IMG/VR virus record: IMGVR_UViG_3300005573_001064
DNA length: 64,000 nt
Direction: 5' to 3' (one strand)
From: an uncultured virus (IMG/VR IMGVR_UViG_3300005573_001064)
Lineage: Duplodnaviria > Heunggongvirae > Uroviricota > Caudoviricetes
In this document: positions 19,964 through 29,258 of the stretch, piece by piece
How positions within the stretch are numbered: the first letter of the stretch is position 1
Layout of the letters: every line of letters starts with the position of its first letter
Translations under genes and position numbers: made by a program
The notes under the pieces: generated by a model
Database searches by the model: none
Told to the model about the DNA's origin: nothing
What the model saw: the letters and a program-made list of their open reading frames with translations, nothing else

Positions 19964-22078
19964 TTAGTCCTCACAGACATCTATATCACTATACTTGCCA
20001 CTGAAAACCTTGCGTATTTTCTGAACCATGGAATCCGGCAATATATCATATTCTTTTCCTGTCATTCCCCATGCGAACATATCAGGTGAACAATAAGGTA
20101 ATGGTAAATGCATGGGCTTTTCTATGTGCATAGGCAATCTCAGAAGGCGTGGAGGTTTGCCTTCTTTAAGTGCCTCATATGTAAAACCATTCAGCTGAAG
20201 TAATATCAATCTTTTATTACCAATCATCTGGATATGATTCTTTGTGAGAAGCCGAGACAGTTTAATCAAATTCATGGGAATAATTCCCTTTTGATAGCAT
20301 ATTCGAAGATAACTCAGATATTTCTTTTTCTCTTTATCTTCTAACAGCACACTCAAAGGATAAGATAACTGCCTTAATGCCATACTGATATGAGATATCC
20401 ATTGATAGTCGTTATTTCGATTCCAGTCTAATGTCATAGAATTTTTACGAGTTCTCAGCCATTGATATTGCATATTGTCTTTGATGGCTTCCATCTTCCT
20501 CTCAGTAATAGGTATGTCGGAAACCGCAGTGCTAAATAATTCTTCAGTCAAACGAAGAAGGTCGTCATCCGAGAATTTACCTTTAACAGGTTTGTATTCA
20601 TTAAGAACCTCTAAAGCATGTTCCAGAAACATAGGTCTTACTTTAGATTTCATTGTTATCTCGCCTTTGGTTGTCCCAATTAATTTTTTACCTGTAATTT
20701 CTATATAGTTATGGGCCTCCAACCAAGTCAGAGTGGCATTGAATAATTCCTCTAATTTATCCTCATGCATATCTGATGATTTACTACTAAATGTTTTCTT
20801 ATACCATTTCTTCAGGGCACCTATCATTTGTGTTTGCATATTGATTTGCACATTCAGAATATCGTCCAATTTATTCAAAATTGTTCCTTTACAGATATTT
20901 TTCTTCATCATTTCGGCCTTTGCCAGATTGATAACTTCGTGGTCGCAAATATATTTAACATATCCAGTAGTGTAATAAGGCAATCTTCCAACTCGTCCTG
21001 ATGCTTGTGTTATTTTTTGAATCGGTAATACATCCTTTTGGAAAGTTTCTTGGTTGAAATAAGAAACATCCAGAATAAGGCTTTGGCACGGAAGATTTAC
21101 ACCAGCTAACATTGTAGGTGTGCATACCAGAATCCTAAATTTTCTGTCTCTAAAATCCTTCTCAATCCTTTCCCTTTCATATGATTTTAAATCTGCATGA
21201 TGCAATCGGGCTATGTTTGGATATAAATTATTCAGATTATTGACAACTTTATAAGTATCACCGATAGAAAGAAACATAACCAGTAATTCACCTTTGTTGT
21301 TAAGCATTTTCGGAATTAGACGCATTAAAGCAGGAACTCGTTGAAATCGTGGATAAGAATAAATTTCTGAGTCTACGATTACCTTTATGGGAGAAAAATC
21401 GCTCGTCAGCACATGAACTTTAGGGACAAATTGCTCTATATAAGATTTCAAATCATCAGGATTGTCAAAGGTGGCCGAAAGACCTATAAATTGAATTGGC
21501 TGGTTGGTTTCTTTCTTATATAATAGAAATCTAGTAATACAACCGTCTAAATCCGCACCTCTGGAGTGGTCTCCGAGTTCGTGAATTTCATCAACAACAA
21601 GCAGATTAACCTTGTCCAAAAAGGAATAAATTTCAGGCTTTCTCGACATGACATCGAGCATCTCATAGGAACATACTACGATATCAGCCTTTAAGAGTTT
21701 TTTGTTTCTTTCAATACCATGCCCTAGATTTACATCAGAAGTCATCTCAATCGTCGTCATCCATGTAAATCTTTTCCTCAGGGTATCAACCTTTTCTTTT
21801 GCTAATGCTTTTAGAGGCTCCAGAATTAATATCTTGCCCTTCCGATTCTTTTCAATCCTTCTCTGAATCGCTAATTCCATTATTAGCGTCTTGCCCGTTC
21901 CTGTTTTAGAAAGGACGAGTAGATTGGATTTACTGTTCTTTTTTAGCAATTTATATGCCTCGGCCTGAATCGGATTGAAGGATGGAACAGACCAAATCTT
22001 GCGATATCGCAAAGGAACAGGCATACAATATTTGCACCATTTGGCCTTAACTTCAGGATGACATACATTACAGACCAT
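19964..22078 (-). CDS. Ski2/Hel308-like SF2 helicase
   Basis: FNPIQ, SKTGTGKT, DEIH, GLSAT, HHADL, AGVNLP, QASGRVGR. Confidence 0.9.
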   Translation of the reverse strand: MVCNVCHPEVKAKWCKYCMPVPLRYRKIWSVPSFNPIQAEAYKLLKKNSKSNLLVLSKTGTGKTLIMELAIQRRIEKNRKGKILILEPLKALAKEKVDTLRKRFTWMTTIEMTSDVNLGHGIERNKKLLKADIVVCSYEMLDVMSRKPEIYSFLDKVNLLVVDEIHELGDHSRGADLDGCITRFLLYKKETNQPIQFIGLSATFDNPDDLKSYIEQFVPKVHVLTSDFSPIKVIVDSEIYSYPRFQRVPALMRLIPKMLNNKGELLVMFLSIGDTYKVVNNLNNLYPNIARLHHADLKSYERERIEKDFRDRKFRILVCTPTMLAGVNLPCQSLILDVSYFNQETFQKDVLPIQKITQASGRVGRLPYYTTGYVKYICDHEVINLAKAEMMKKNICKGTILNKLDDILNVQINMQTQMIGALKKWYKKTFSSKSSDMHEDKLEELFNATLTWLEAHNYIEITGKKLIGTTKGEITMKSKVRPMFLEHALEVLNEYKPVKGKFSDDDLLRLTEELFSTAVSDIPITERKMEAIKDNMQYQWLRTRKNSMTLDWNRNNDYQWISHISMALRQLSYPLSVLLEDKEKKKYLSYLRICYQKGIIPMNLIKLSRLLTKNHIQMIGNKRLILLQLNGFTYEALKEGKPPRLLRLPMHIEKPMHLPLPYCSPDMFAWGMTGKEYDILPDSMVQKIRKVFSGKYSDIDVCED

Positions 22079-22083
22079 AGAAT

Positions 22084-22461
22084 CTACCTCAGGTCGGTCT
22101 CTAAACTCATTACAGACAAAAAAGGTATTCTACGGTCTCCTATCAAAACTAGCCTTTTCGAAAAATTAGGTAAATTCTCTTCATCAACCTTCTTCCCCAA
22201 CCAGGAGGGGTCCCCATACAGGATGATTGTTAGTTTCCCCTCTTTCTTTTCTGTGCTGGATTGTTTTAAAACAATCACCGCACTTCTGTAGAGTGGGATT
22301 GCTATCGCAATCCTTCTTTTATGAAGTTTCTTGGCAACTTTTACAATTTCTTTCCCACACTTCAGCCCATATTCTCTCATTTCCTTCTCTAAATTCTGTA
22401 AAATCTTCTCTTCTTGTTTCTTCTCCATTTTCAGCCCTCCCTTACGGTCACTCTCAATCAC
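22084..22461 (-). CDS. Hypothetical protein
   Basis: ORF directly upstream of the helicase. Confidence 0.5.
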   Translation of the reverse strand: MIESDRKGGLKMEKKQEEKILQNLEKEMREYGLKCGKEIVKVAKKLHKRRIAIAIPLYRSAVIVLKQSSTEKKEGKLTIILYGDPSWLGKKVDEENLPNFSKRLVLIGDRRIPFLSVMSLETDLR

Positions 22462-22518
22462 ATCAGCTTTTACGAATAAATAATAAATAAGAGGGTGTCC
22501 TTACCAGGACACCCACCC

Positions 22519-22851
22519 TCAGTGTCTACGAATTTTTAACCAGTCCTCCACCATATCAAGGCGGAGGACCTCCACATCCGCTTCGCTGACTGACTGGAGG
22601 ACCTCTCCCTCCGCCAGTCTTTTCTTCAGGCGGACCACATAGGCCCGCCTGTACGTCCTCACCATCCCTCGGTTGAACGGGACACCGAGGGATTTGGCAG
22701 TCCCCTCATGGCCGATGAAGCTGACCGCTCCATTGGCCACCGCCTGTCGTACCTCCGCCAAGGTGGACGGAGATACCAGGACAGAATAGCCCCCACTCGA
22801 CGGAAACGGGAGCACCGTCGAGTTTAAAATGACCACATCCTCATCCATCAT
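22519..22851 (-). CDS. acrIII-1: AcrIII-1-like viral ring nuclease (DUF1874 / STIV B116 family), anti-type III CRISPR
   Basis: ILN near the N-terminus, SFIGHEGTA (catalytic GH), NR, YVVRLKKRLAEGEVL; 110 aa. Confidence 0.8.
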   Translation of the reverse strand: MMDEDVVILNSTVLPFPSSGGYSVLVSPSTLAEVRQAVANGAVSFIGHEGTAKSLGVPFNRGMVRTYRRAYVVRLKKRLAEGEVLQSVSEADVEVLRLDMVEDWLKIRRH

Positions 22852-22855
22852 CTCT

Positions 22856-22920
22856 ATTCCTCCTTCTGGGCCTCATGAGCCCGATGGCACAGGGGAGCCA
22901 TGACGCTCCCAGCCCCGCAT
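22856..22920 (-). promoter_or_regulatory. 65-bp structured 5' leader including RBS, copy 1
   Basis: Identical to 23791-23855; ends in AGAAGGAGGAAT just before the start codon. Confidence 0.85.
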
Positions 22921-23013
22921 TTACGGGGATACTGCACCTTTTTCCATCCCAGGATTCGCCCAGGGGCGATAAATCGCCCCCACCCGAATTGAACGGGTGG
23001 GGAGGGAAAAAAC

Positions 23014-23784
23014 TCAGTCCACCCCCTCCGCCGTAGGGAGTGGGTGGCGGGCCAACAGGAGTGTGCCAGGTTCCAGCCACTCCAGCCGGAGGGGGCGGTG
23101 CTCATTGCTGAGCACCTCTACCTCTGTTGTCCTCTTCCCCCCTGAGAAGAGGACCTCCCGCTCGGGGACTATGATGCCCCGAGCCTCCTCGCCCTCGAGC
23201 CACTGGGCAATAAAATGCCCGCCGACCACATAGTGGTTGAAAAGTATCTTTGGCCCCCAGAGGGCGGCCTCTCCGTTCAGCCGCCGGTGGAACTCGGCGG
23301 CCTCCATGGGGGCTACTGGCACTACCTCTAGATGTCCCTGTTGCTCCGCTTTCGCTGTTGGGCAGAGCAACGACCGTGCCAACCCAGCCACACGAGAAGG
23401 GCCGTAGGGGACCACTTTGCCCAGCAGAATCCATCCGCCCCAGGCGGAGTGATATCCTGGTGCGAATGTTTGCCAGATAGCTCCGTCATTGTGGAGATAT
23501 TCCTCCCCGTGCTGACGGAACCTCAGTTTTCCTTCTTCTGTTAGGATTCCCACGAATCGTGGGTTATATTTGCCCGTGCCATAGCGCAGGTACGAGGGAC
23601 AGTCCCAGTCCGCTCCACCGCCACGGGTGGATATTAGCCGTCCGCCGACTATTGTTCCTTTGGGGAGGGGCACCTCTCCCAAGGGGGCCAATTTCTGGCC
23701 CCCCCATTCGGTTTCACGAACCATGATGGGGAGTGAAACCCCATCAAACACTATTTCTGTCCCATTCTCTTCCATCACCATCAT
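23014..23784 (-). CDS. Hypothetical protein in anti-defence island
   Basis: Start reassigned to the ATG at 23784 after the GGAGG RBS; GC-rich. Confidence 0.65.
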   Translation of the reverse strand: MMVMEENGTEIVFDGVSLPIMVRETEWGGQKLAPLGEVPLPKGTIVGGRLISTRGGGADWDCPSYLRYGTGKYNPRFVGILTEEGKLRFRQHGEEYLHNDGAIWQTFAPGYHSAWGGWILLGKVVPYGPSRVAGLARSLLCPTAKAEQQGHLEVVPVAPMEAAEFHRRLNGEAALWGPKILFNHYVVGGHFIAQWLEGEEARGIIVPEREVLFSGGKRTTEVEVLSNEHRPLRLEWLEPGTLLLARHPLPTAEGVD

Positions 23785-23790
23785 TTTTTC

Positions 23791-23855
23791 ATTCCTCCTT
23801 CTGGGCCTCATGAGCCCGATGGCACAGGGGAGCCATGACGCTCCCAGCCCCGCAT
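23791..23855 (-). promoter_or_regulatory. 65-bp structured 5' leader including RBS, copy 2
   Basis: Identical to 22856-22920. Confidence 0.85.
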
Positions 23856-23890
23856 GATTACGGGGACTATGCCTACGACATTCCGACCAT

Positions 23891-24049
23891 TTACTCTACC
23901 CACTCTGCTCGTCGTGAGCGTCTGAACGGGCAGAAGTTGGGCCGGAACCAGGGAGCTGTGGCGGCACCTCTACTGCCTACATACAGCACGCACGGTATTC
24001 GCCCACCACACTTCTTACAGCGCCAAGCCTCTAGGCTTTTATCCCTCAT
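23891..24049 (-). CDS. Small Cys4 protein in anti-defence island
   Basis: GGAGG RBS; MRDKSLEAWRCKKC...PC...FCP. Confidence 0.55.
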   Translation of the reverse strand: MRDKSLEAWRCKKCGGRIPCVLYVGSRGAATAPWFRPNFCPFRRSRRAEWVE

Positions 24050-24159
24050 GAGTTTCCCTCCAAATTTTTTAACCACTGTACCTACACCTACCCTCCATTC
24101 CGTTGAAATAAAATAAGAGGGCGAGTGCAACTCGCCCTCACCACTCACTCACCACTCTT

Positions 24160-24357
24160 CTACCACTCTTCTAGGGTGTCCTCACCAGGACACCCCTCCT
24201 CAGAGTAAAACTCTGAGGGGGGGCTCTCTGGTGGCCCCCTGGTCCCATTACTGCCCACCCACTCACGGGTGAGCGGACAGTACTTACACCTCAGGACGAC
24301 GGAGTATTCTCCGTCGCCCAACGCACTCGTTTCCTCTTCCCAGCGGTGATGCTTCAT
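24160..24357 (-). CDS. Small acidic His/Cys protein in anti-defence island
   Basis: GGAGG RBS; HHRW...CKYC; first gene after the TATA promoter. Confidence 0.6.
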   Translation of the reverse strand: MKHHRWEEETSALGDGEYSVVLRCKYCPLTREWVGSNGTRGPPESPPSEFYSEEGCPGEDTLEEW

Positions 24358-24444
24358 ACTCGTTTCCTCCGATATTTTCTAACATTAAGCATGCTGTAAA
24401 TTTTTTTAACATTTAGCATGGCCTTTGTTAGAATTATATAACGT

Positions 24445-24473
24445 ATGGAAATAGGAGATATATATACTTTTTT
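24445..24473 (-). promoter_or_regulatory. Archaeal TATA promoter, conserved with 25585-25613
   Basis: Minus strand AAAAAAGTATATATATCTC...TTCCAT in both copies. Confidence 0.7.
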
Positions 24474-24556
24474 GTTAAAAAAATCGTCATTTTCAGATTA
24501 TTAAAACCTCAGCCTTTATCTAAAGTTATGTTATTACAAACAAGAAAAAATTCCTC

Positions 24557-24663
24557 TATTCCTTACTGTCGAAATTTCATACACCCTTTCTGAATAACCT
24601 CAAATTTTATTATGCATAGAGCCATGGTTCTATACATCACTCATACCATTTTAGGGGAGTGAT
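24557..24663. repeat. 107-bp direct repeat copy B, containing double-palindrome element copy 3
   Basis: Near-identical to 19822-19928. Confidence 0.95.
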
Positions 24664-24697
24664 GTTAAGAAGATTCATCTTATTTAAAAACTTCTGT

Positions 24698-25518
24698 CTA
24701 TTTAAAACTATCTAAAGTCGTTACAGACAAAAAATTTTTAAATTCTGACCTCTCGAAATTATAGATAATATATTGGTAAAACCGCTGAGTCTTTCCACTG
24801 ACAGTGTATCGAGTTTTAATTTTTAAAAATTTATTTCTATGCCCAGCATATAATCGTTTCACCATGGGATGATAATCATACGACAGAATATATTTACCAT
24901 CTATATTTTTTAGAATCTCTGCTAAATCTATATGGTCCTTTTTAGAAAAAGTGCAAACATAGGCTTCGTTACTGCCATAATATGGGGGGTCTAGGTAGAA
25001 TAGAGCATCAGAATGGTCATACTTCTTTATCAATTCCCTAAAGTCAAGATGCTCGACAGTTACTTTTTTAAACCTCTGATAAATCTTTTCCCATTCTATC
25101 TCTCTAAAATTTTCTGTCGAATAATGATGATTTTTAATTCCATATCCGAATGTCCCCTTCGTCTGGTGATAAAATCCCCCAAATGCGTTCTTAATTATAT
25201 AATAAAACTGAAATGCCCTCTTGGCTGGATTTTTTGACCTTCGCTTCTTAAATTCCTCGAATAGTTCCCTGCTTTTGATAAAGTCTTTTCCATAATCATA
25301 GAATTGCTGTATTTTCTTTTTGCTCTTGATTACCCTAAACAGATTTACTAACTCTGAATTAATATCATTATATATTTCGATTCGACTGGGGGCTTTCTAA
25401 ATAGCACCCAAGCAGCTCCACCAAAGACCTCTATATATGTAGTATGTGTGGGCATCAGAGATATTATTTTATTAGCAATTAATTGTTTCCCTCCTACCCA
25501 TCGCAAAAAACTATCCAA
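24698..25518 (-). pseudogene. dam: Dam/D12-class N6-adenine methyltransferase with a single frameshift
   Basis: WVGGK, YIEVFGGAAWVLF, then a frame change at the G5 run (25388-25392), EIYNDIN...YLDPPY. Span is 821 nt, one short of in-frame. Confidence 0.85.
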
Positions 25519-25722
25519 TCTAACACCCCTGGAAATTGAACCTTTAAAAGTGTTCCGGCTTAATAATAAACATTGATGGCATTGATGGAAGTGAGAGATA
25601 TATATACTTTTTTATTAAGAAATATAGAAAAACAGAAGGACATAAAAAAGGGAGTGCAGCATAATGCTATACTGCACTCCTACTACAAAAGGGGGGAAAG
25701 GGTTTCATATTCAGCAATGATT

Positions 25723-26676
25723 TCATTTCCTTTTGCTATCTTTTAATAGAAACAGTCTTTGTTTAAGTCCTTCGCCATCGGTGCATACATATGTAGACTC
25801 AGAATCAAAATGTAGAGTCTTTCTTTCACCTGACGGAGTGGTATAATTGATTTCGACCAGTTTGCCTATTTCGGATACATAACTGGGTATGTCATAATTA
25901 AAACTTTCATTTGGGGGAGGATTTGGCTCATCTGAGTCATCAATACCTACATCCAATACCTTGCATGTGCCACCTATATAATACAGATTTCTTTCAGGAT
26001 GCTTAAGAAGATGCATCTTATTCTTATTCCATCTATGAATATAATTTACATCAACATTTTCAGGAATAATATTATATTTGTCCTTAAGATTTGCTTTAAT
26101 TCCGCCTCTGCGTGACCATTTGGAAGTGAAATAAACCAAATGATTTATTTCCCCCAGATATTTCATACTTGAAGGGATATCTGAGACCTCTAAAACAATT
26201 TCTCTGCTAACTGGCAATTGTTGAAACGTATGCCAAGCAGCAATGGCTTTTGCCCGTGGCGAATCATCGCTTGCTGGATGCCTCCCCAAAGTCGGAGGTT
26301 GTGGACCGAAAGGATATACAGCATTTATTTTGGGATGCCTCTTAATATATCTGTATACTAGAGGGTGAAACTCCTTTTTTATTTCTTTTAATGTATACTG
26401 ATTACTTATCTCTTTTATTTCGTCTTGAAGTTCGAACAGAGACCTTTTGAATTTAAGGAGTTTCTTAAGGCGTCTGAGTTCTTTTATTTCTCGTGTTCTT
26501 CTTTTAGAGAGTAAAATTTTACTCAGAATATCTTTCAATTCTTTGATTTTAATTCTGGATTCTGTAATGCGGCTGTCTGCAGTTGCTGAAGATATCATCT
26601 TTCGTGATTTTCGTTGCTTCAGATATTTAATATAGTTCTGTAAAAATTTAATTTCTTTTTTCAGTATTTCCATCAT
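25723..26676 (-). CDS. Hypothetical protein (coiled coil plus partly duplicated globular domain)
   Basis: IPSSMKYLGEINHLVY and IPSYVSEIGKLVEINY repeats. Confidence 0.6.
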   Translation of the reverse strand: MMEILKKEIKFLQNYIKYLKQRKSRKMISSATADSRITESRIKIKELKDILSKILLSKRRTREIKELRRLKKLLKFKRSLFELQDEIKEISNQYTLKEIKKEFHPLVYRYIKRHPKINAVYPFGPQPPTLGRHPASDDSPRAKAIAAWHTFQQLPVSREIVLEVSDIPSSMKYLGEINHLVYFTSKWSRRGGIKANLKDKYNIIPENVDVNYIHRWNKNKMHLLKHPERNLYYIGGTCKVLDVGIDDSDEPNPPPNESFNYDIPSYVSEIGKLVEINYTTPSGERKTLHFDSESTYVCTDGEGLKQRLFLLKDSKRK

Positions 26677-29258
26677 TTGGGACCACCTCCTCGCTCAATC
26701 CATTCAGTATAGGTATCCATGACCATTCCATCAATCACCTGAGATATCACATAGGATTTCTTGTTCAATTTCTCCCGCACACGCTGCTCGATGATTCCTT
26801 GATTCACTACGTAAGGTATATAAATTTTTGTTTGTTCTGTTTTCTCTAATCTTATCAATCTCCCTATTCTCTGTTTCACCCATGTTGAGTTCCAAGGAAG
26901 GTCGTACAGAATCCCTATATTGACATATGGGAAATTCAGTCCAAACTTTCCGACATCTGTCATCACAAGAATATTATATCGTTTGCTCGTCCTGAATTTT
27001 TCAATATATTTGCCCCGCTCACGGGAAGGAGGAGATTTACCTGTCATCACCATACATGGCCTATGGAGTTCAATTTGAATTCTATCAGCAATGATATTAG
27101 CCATCGGTTCGTATTCAGTGAATATTATTATTTTATCCCTTATATCTGTCTCTTCTTTTATTATTTTTAGCGTCATATCTAACTTTGGCGACAGGTGCCT
27201 CACTTTAAAGAACTTATATGCTGCTTGTGCCATTTCACTATTGCTAAATTTTTTGCTTAACAGGATAGGATGGTCGCAATAGCGATGAACTATTTTCAGA
27301 TAGCCTAACAATCCTCCCATGCCAGCAATCTTTTTTCTTCTTTCACGCAGTTTTCTCAATTCCTCTTCAACATCTTCAGTAATTTTCAAACTCTTTTCTG
27401 TTATTTTTTGCTCAACGAGTGCCAGTTCTTCTTCTAACTTTTCAATAGCACTAACAATCGAATTATAATCCTCCAATACTTGACCAGAAAATTCTATTGG
27501 CCTTTCTATAATCAACGGCTTTGGCATATCTGGTCGAACTTTACGCATCGTCGTCCGATACATGATAGTTTTAGATAGATAATTATGCAAAGATGATAAC
27601 GCCTGTTCTATTTTATATCTGGTCTTATAGGCCATATATTGCTGCTTGAAACTTTCATAGGTTCCAAATATTTTAGTCCCCAGCCATTTTTCTATTGTAT
27701 GTATCTCTTTCATAGACCGTTCTAAAGGTTCTCCAGAGAGGCCCATCTTGTATTCTGCAGGAACTGCCATCAATCGTTTAGTTCTTTCAGTTCCCATATT
27801 CTTTATATTTGTGCATTCATCTGCAACTATCAATAAACGATTCTTTTCTGCCATTTTATAGAACGCTTCATCCTTTGCCTGTTCATAGTTGGCGATAAAG
27901 AAGCGCTTTTTGCTTCCCCATTGTCTTGCCCTTGCAGCTGGAGTCCCATCAATCCATTGAATATTCCTGCTGAAAAACTTATCTCCAAAGAATCTTTTAA
28001 TTTGCTCTTCCCAGACATATTTAACTGCTATATTAGCAAATATTACAGCTTTATCTATTTTTCCATATTTAAACAATCTTAACGCATGTAACAATGTTAC
28101 AAGTGTTTTACCTGTTCCGATATCCATCGCTAGGAGTGCATTATGCCGTGTCTTTAGGAATTGCAAGGCCTCTTTCTGATGGGGATATAGTTCTCCTTTA
28201 AATTTAGGCACTGAAATTTTTTCTTGTTTCCAGGCGTTCAACTTAAGAATCAATGTCTCAAAAACAGAATATCCATATTCTTCACGCCAAGATGTGGTTG
28301 AATGCAGCCAGAAGGAACTTAAAATATTTGCTTTATACCATCCAGTTCTATCTATTTCTTCAAAAGAAGAAAGCACCTGAGGATTATATGTCCAATATTT
28401 AATATACAGGTCGCTTCCAAGAGGCACGACCTCCAATATATCTCTGCAACCTCTCAGTCTACCCTCATGCATTTTTTTGATACTTACTGCTTCTAATGAA
28501 TAATTCCTTATATAACATATTTCTCCCTCATAGAACCATTCCCCTGCCCCCTTTTCAATTTCATGAAATTTCTGTAGTGCCTTCACTTTTTCTTTCTTGA
28601 GCCGTTTCTTGAGATATACAGGTAGATACTTTTTCTTCAATTTAGCAAGTTGTTTCTTCCAGAATATATCAAAAGATGGCCCCCCATAAGGTTTAAATAT
28701 AAAGTCTCCATCTGGCTCTTTCCCTACTTGTTTCCACCTTCTAATTTTAACCAGGAATTGACCTTCTTTTATTTGTTTTAATAAATCATCCCCAACAGAA
28801 TCATCATCCGATGGATACAATTTAAAATTACCAATCAGAGTTGGCTCTTCCCCAACTATTTGGAAATTCTCCTGATTGGCTATAATATAGAAGGATACTG
28901 GCGGTTCAGGTTTAGGAACGATGGTTTCTTGCTTGATTTCCTTCGGCTGAATCTCGCCTGTTGGTGACACCCGACTTTCTTCGGCCCCTCCTTCTTTTAC
29001 CACATCTTTACTTATCTCAGGAGGTGGAATCTTCAAATCAGTATATAATTTATTTACAGAATACATTATTGTATCCTCCTTACCTGATTCTACAATTTTG
29101 TACCAGTATTTATTTGCCCTATCAAATTGAAAACCATTTTTCCTCAGGAACGGGATTACATTATTTTGAAAAATATTCCATTCAGCAGACGACATTCTTG
29201 GGGTTTTTATCACTATACGGACCAGCTTATAAATTGATACAGGGTTTTGAAGGCTCAT
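26673..29258 (-). CDS. SNF2-family helicase/translocase with N-terminal extension
   Basis: LYPHQ, MDIGTGKT, ADECTNIKN, GLSGEP, GKFGLN, QRIGR; starts MSLQNP. Confidence 0.88.
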   Translation of the reverse strand: MSLQNPVSIYKLVRIVIKTPRMSSAEWNIFQNNVIPFLRKNGFQFDRANKYWYKIVESGKEDTIMYSVNKLYTDLKIPPPEISKDVVKEGGAEESRVSPTGEIQPKEIKQETIVPKPEPPVSFYIIANQENFQIVGEEPTLIGNFKLYPSDDDSVGDDLLKQIKEGQFLVKIRRWKQVGKEPDGDFIFKPYGGPSFDIFWKKQLAKLKKKYLPVYLKKRLKKEKVKALQKFHEIEKGAGEWFYEGEICYIRNYSLEAVSIKKMHEGRLRGCRDILEVVPLGSDLYIKYWTYNPQVLSSFEEIDRTGWYKANILSSFWLHSTTSWREEYGYSVFETLILKLNAWKQEKISVPKFKGELYPHQKEALQFLKTRHNALLAMDIGTGKTLVTLLHALRLFKYGKIDKAVIFANIAVKYVWEEQIKRFFGDKFFSRNIQWIDGTPAARARQWGSKKRFFIANYEQAKDEAFYKMAEKNRLLIVADECTNIKNMGTERTKRLMAVPAEYKMGLSGEPLERSMKEIHTIEKWLGTKIFGTYESFKQQYMAYKTRYKIEQALSSLHNYLSKTIMYRTTMRKVRPDMPKPLIIERPIEFSGQVLEDYNSIVSAIEKLEEELALVEQKITEKSLKITEDVEEELRKLRERRKKIAGMGGLLGYLKIVHRYCDHPILLSKKFSNSEMAQAAYKFFKVRHLSPKLDMTLKIIKEETDIRDKIIIFTEYEPMANIIADRIQIELHRPCMVMTGKSPPSRERGKYIEKFRTSKRYNILVMTDVGKFGLNFPYVNIGILYDLPWNSTWVKQRIGRLIRLEKTEQTKIYIPYVVNQGIIEQRVREKLNKKSYVISQVIDGMVMDTYTEWIERGGGPK

